A stretch of 64,000 nucleotides of DNA from positions 7,611,519 through 7,675,518 of the forward strand of contig CM082578.2 of assembly GCA_040954595.2 (NCBI GenBank), in the 5' to 3' direction. The notes below the pieces were generated by a model, which saw only the letters and a list, made by a program, of their open reading frames with translations, did not search any database and had not been told where the DNA came from. Both the position numbers and the translations under genes were made by a program. This document shows, piece after piece, positions 61,301 to 64,000 of this stretch. Positions within the stretch are counted from its first letter, which is position 1; each line of letters opens with the position of its first letter. The DNA is from Balanoglossus misakiensis. Taxonomy: Eukaryota; Animalia; Hemichordata.

Positions 61301-63751
61301 GAACAAGTTGGAGGTTACGGTCCCCATGCCGTGTCATATGAACACTCCAAATTTGAAAAAAGTCTAAAAGTTTTGCACTACGTGTTAACTATTCATTAGT
61401 AATTCATTAGTTCAGATTTACACTCTTCCATAACAAAATAAATAAATTAAGCTACTCTGCTAAAAGAAAAGGAAGAAAGTGCCTTCACCCGGCATCTGAC
61501 TGTGTGATTTGTATTGTGGATTTGATTACTCTCTCGCTCTCTCTCTCTGTTCACAGCAACCAATAGACATCACAAAAGGCGTGACAGATGAAATGGCCAT
61601 GGACATGGCAGGAAAACTTGACTTTGACGGAGAACAAAAGAAGGAGGTAATTAACATAAATCTTGATGATGATCCTGTGTAAAGGGGTTGTAAATGAATA
61701 TGGACCGGTAAGATGTATGGTGTTAGGACACAGGACCTTGTACCAAAGTCATTTTCGCATCATAATATTGTATGGTGTACTTCATAAAATCGAACTATAC
61801 TATATAGTCGGCTCCACTTTTTAGTCCGCAGCAAGCTAGTGCACAAATGCCAAATTGTAGTATGCTATGTGTAAACTCACTTCTACTAGTTCTAGGGAAA
61901 ACTCAGTGTTTCCCAGCTGATGTGCCTTGTAATTGTGTACTAGTATATGTGTGTGTGTTCCTGCATCACTTCCCCTCCCCTCCCCTCCCCAACCACCCCT
62001 CCATCTCCTCTTAACGCATGTCTGTATACTTATACGTAATGCGTGATTCCTTCCCCTCTGTTAAAACCTGTGCAATGCAATTCCTTCGGCAGGCTGCCAG
62101 GCAGATTCAGAATCTTTACAAGATGTTCCTCGGAGTGGACGCAACTCAGGTTGAAATCAATCCATTGGGAGAAACTCCAGATGGCAGAGGTAGATTTGCA
62201 TTCCAATTCGGTAGAACACCTGTTGAACCCTGTCGTGACCTCTTGTGACACCTTTTAGTGTGGCTCTATCAAACTTGCCATTTCATTGTCATTATTTTAT
62301 TACATTCTCTCCTCAACATCATATATGTACTGGAAGTAGGAAGTGCAGTCCATAAATGAACCTCATCCACCCCTATTGTCGTCTAAATGGATCAGACCAC
62401 AGCAATGAAAACAATGGGGTGGGACCAAAGTTAGATGTTTTTAGGGTTTGAAGTGGGAAATGTTCTATGGGCATCCAGTTCATGCTGTTTGTGTCCTAGG
62501 TCAATCACAGGTTTTTCTCAGAAAAAAATTAAAGTCTGCCACTTTGCTTGGAACTCTCATAATTCTTAAACATTTTTTCTTTCTTTCTGTGTCAACAGTT
62601 GTGTGTTTTGATTCAAAAATGAACTTTGACGACAATGCCGAATTCAGACAAGCAGAAGTGTTTGCCATGGACGACAAGACGGAGACAGATCCCAGGGAAA
62701 TCATGGCAACCAAGTATGATCTGAACTATGTGGGAATGGACGGAAATATTGGCTGTCTAGGTAAGAGAGGGCCATTTACAGCATCACCCCATTCTGTGCA
62801 TGAATTTGAAACAGTTGTATTCATTTGTATCTTCCTCGAAAAATAGCCACTTTGTGACAATATGTGATGCCATTTAAGATTGTATTTTTATAACCACAGT
62901 GAATGGAGCTGGTTTGGCCATGGCAACCATGGATATAATCAACATGTTTGGTGGTGAACCGGCCAACTTCTTGGATGTCGGAGGAGGCGTCGCGGAAGAC
63001 CAAGTTGTCCAAGCAATCAATATCATTACTTCCGATCCACAAGTGAGTGTCTGAATACCATTATATTGTTGCCTGAATACAGGGGTTTATGGGCCCGTGG
63101 AATATATTCCAATTCCTAAAACTGCAGTCCATGAGAACATGTGTGTTTGTTTGAAACACCATGGCATTCTTCAACACACATTAGTTCAATCTTTTTCTCC
63201 ATGTGTAAACATAGTCCATCATTGTTTTGTTTTTTTCTTCTTCAGGTAAAAGCCATCTTAGTCAACATCTTTGGCGGTATTGTGAATTGTGCGACCATTG
63301 CCAACGGTTTAATAAAAGCACTGAAAGGAGTTGATTTAGCCGTTCCTCTCGTAGTCAGGTTAGCAGGTAAGTTGTCTATCTCAGTGTTTAAGTTTAACAC
63401 TCAGTGCACTTAATCCATGGATAAATTTTACATATTACATACAACACATGACTGTGCTGGAATATTTCAGGCTTCTAGAATTTCAAGAAAAATGTGTTGG
63501 TATTCCCAAGCTTGTACCTGGACTGTGTGATTTTGTGATCTATAATTGATATAATTGTCGTGCATGTCTTTAATATTCTGCCTCATCACAGCTAACATTT
63601 ATGTATGTACTTCTGTTTTCTGCCGCTAGGTACAAATATGGATGCAGCTATAAAAATCCTGGATGAGAGTGGACTGCCAATCATATCGGCCACTGACCTG
63701 GATGATGCAGCACAGAAAGCTGTTGCAAAACTGAACAGTAATGCTAAATAA
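58378..63751 (+). CDS. SUCLG2: Succinate--CoA ligase [GDP-forming] beta subunit, mitochondrial, ~435 aa
   Basis: Exons 58378-58449, 59913-60060, 60403-60511, 60769-60859, 61053-61205, 61557-61646, 62093-62189, 62599-62760, 62900-63042, 63246-63366, 63630-63751; GT-AG, phase-consistent, 1308 nt. The N-terminus is Arg-rich and acid-free, like a presequence. Motifs: [90 protein letters not shown] and GGIVNC point to SUCLG2 rather than SUCLA2. Confidence 0.95.
58584..58620. repeat. (ACATGT)n-like hexamer microsatellite
   Basis: acatgacatgtacatgtacatgtacgtgtacgtgt in SUCLG2 intron 1. Confidence 0.8.
59102..59874. mobile_element. Non-autonomous TIR DNA transposon (hAT-like termini) in SUCLG2 intron 1
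   Basis: TIRs CAGGCCTCGAAAATT ... AATTATCGAGGCCTG (14/15). Multiple subterminal CACTTGYC motifs at both ends. GTTTT flanks both sides. Confidence 0.75.
60071..60163. mobile_element. Diverged copy of the same MITE in SUCLG2 intron 2
   Basis: ttgacctttcgcc ... agaggtccaaccttaccatagaaatcaatggg ... gatgaaaaggttaa. Confidence 0.7.
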
Positions 63752-64000
63752 TGTATCGGTGCTCTGAAAGTGTGTCTTTGTGTGTTGTGTGTAGTCTTCC
63801 ATCTTGGGAGTCTAGTCAACGACTGATGTAAAAAAATACTGATCAATTTCCCTCCTTTTATATTGATGGGCAAGATTTTTGATGAAGAGTAATATATGAG
63901 CTAGGTTTTATGATATGCTGCTGTGGTACACTTTGCCAGGAGTGTAAGCAAAACTGGGGAACATATCAGTACTCAGGTTCCAAGCCCAACCACCACCAGT

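Noticed and set aside
61971-61990. (GGGGA)n G-quadruplex motif on minus strand and scattered G/C homopolymers
   Set aside because: Simple low-complexity tracts that are common in this sequence; nothing supports function.

Overview
AT-rich, intron-rich animal genomic DNA. It is probably a non-vertebrate bilaterian, but the species cannot be fixed from the sequence. I reconstructed four spliced protein-coding genes by hand from GT-AG junctions with consistent phase: BRPF1/peregrin (minus, CDS 24812-35383, 12 coding exons, ~1348 aa), TMEM243 (plus, 44633-46779, 4 short exons, 116 aa, absent from the ORF track), DMTF1 (minus, 50998-57167, 17 coding exons, ~763 aa) and SUCLG2 (plus, 58378-63751, 11 exons, ~435 aa). 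TMEM243 and DMTF1 converge on a pair of opposed AATAAA signals 35 bp apart, and DMTF1 and SUCLG2 are head-to-head. Between BRPF1 and TMEM243 lies a ~4.5 kb Helentron/HINE-like element whose interior is a ~7.2-copy, ~554-bp tandem array with an ~83-bp near-perfect palindrome in every unit. Several MITEs are present (piggyBac-like, Kolobok-like, hAT-like). The first ~21 kb has no recognisable coding sequence but carries recurring RFX X-box/CCAAT and TALE-homeodomain motifs. I see no prokaryotic-type system, CRISPR, rRNA or tRNA. The best leads are the palindromic satellite inside the HINE, the shared TMEM243/DMTF1 poly(A) cassette, two candidate BRPF1 cassette/microexons, and a MITE carrying an X-box/CCAAT cassette.
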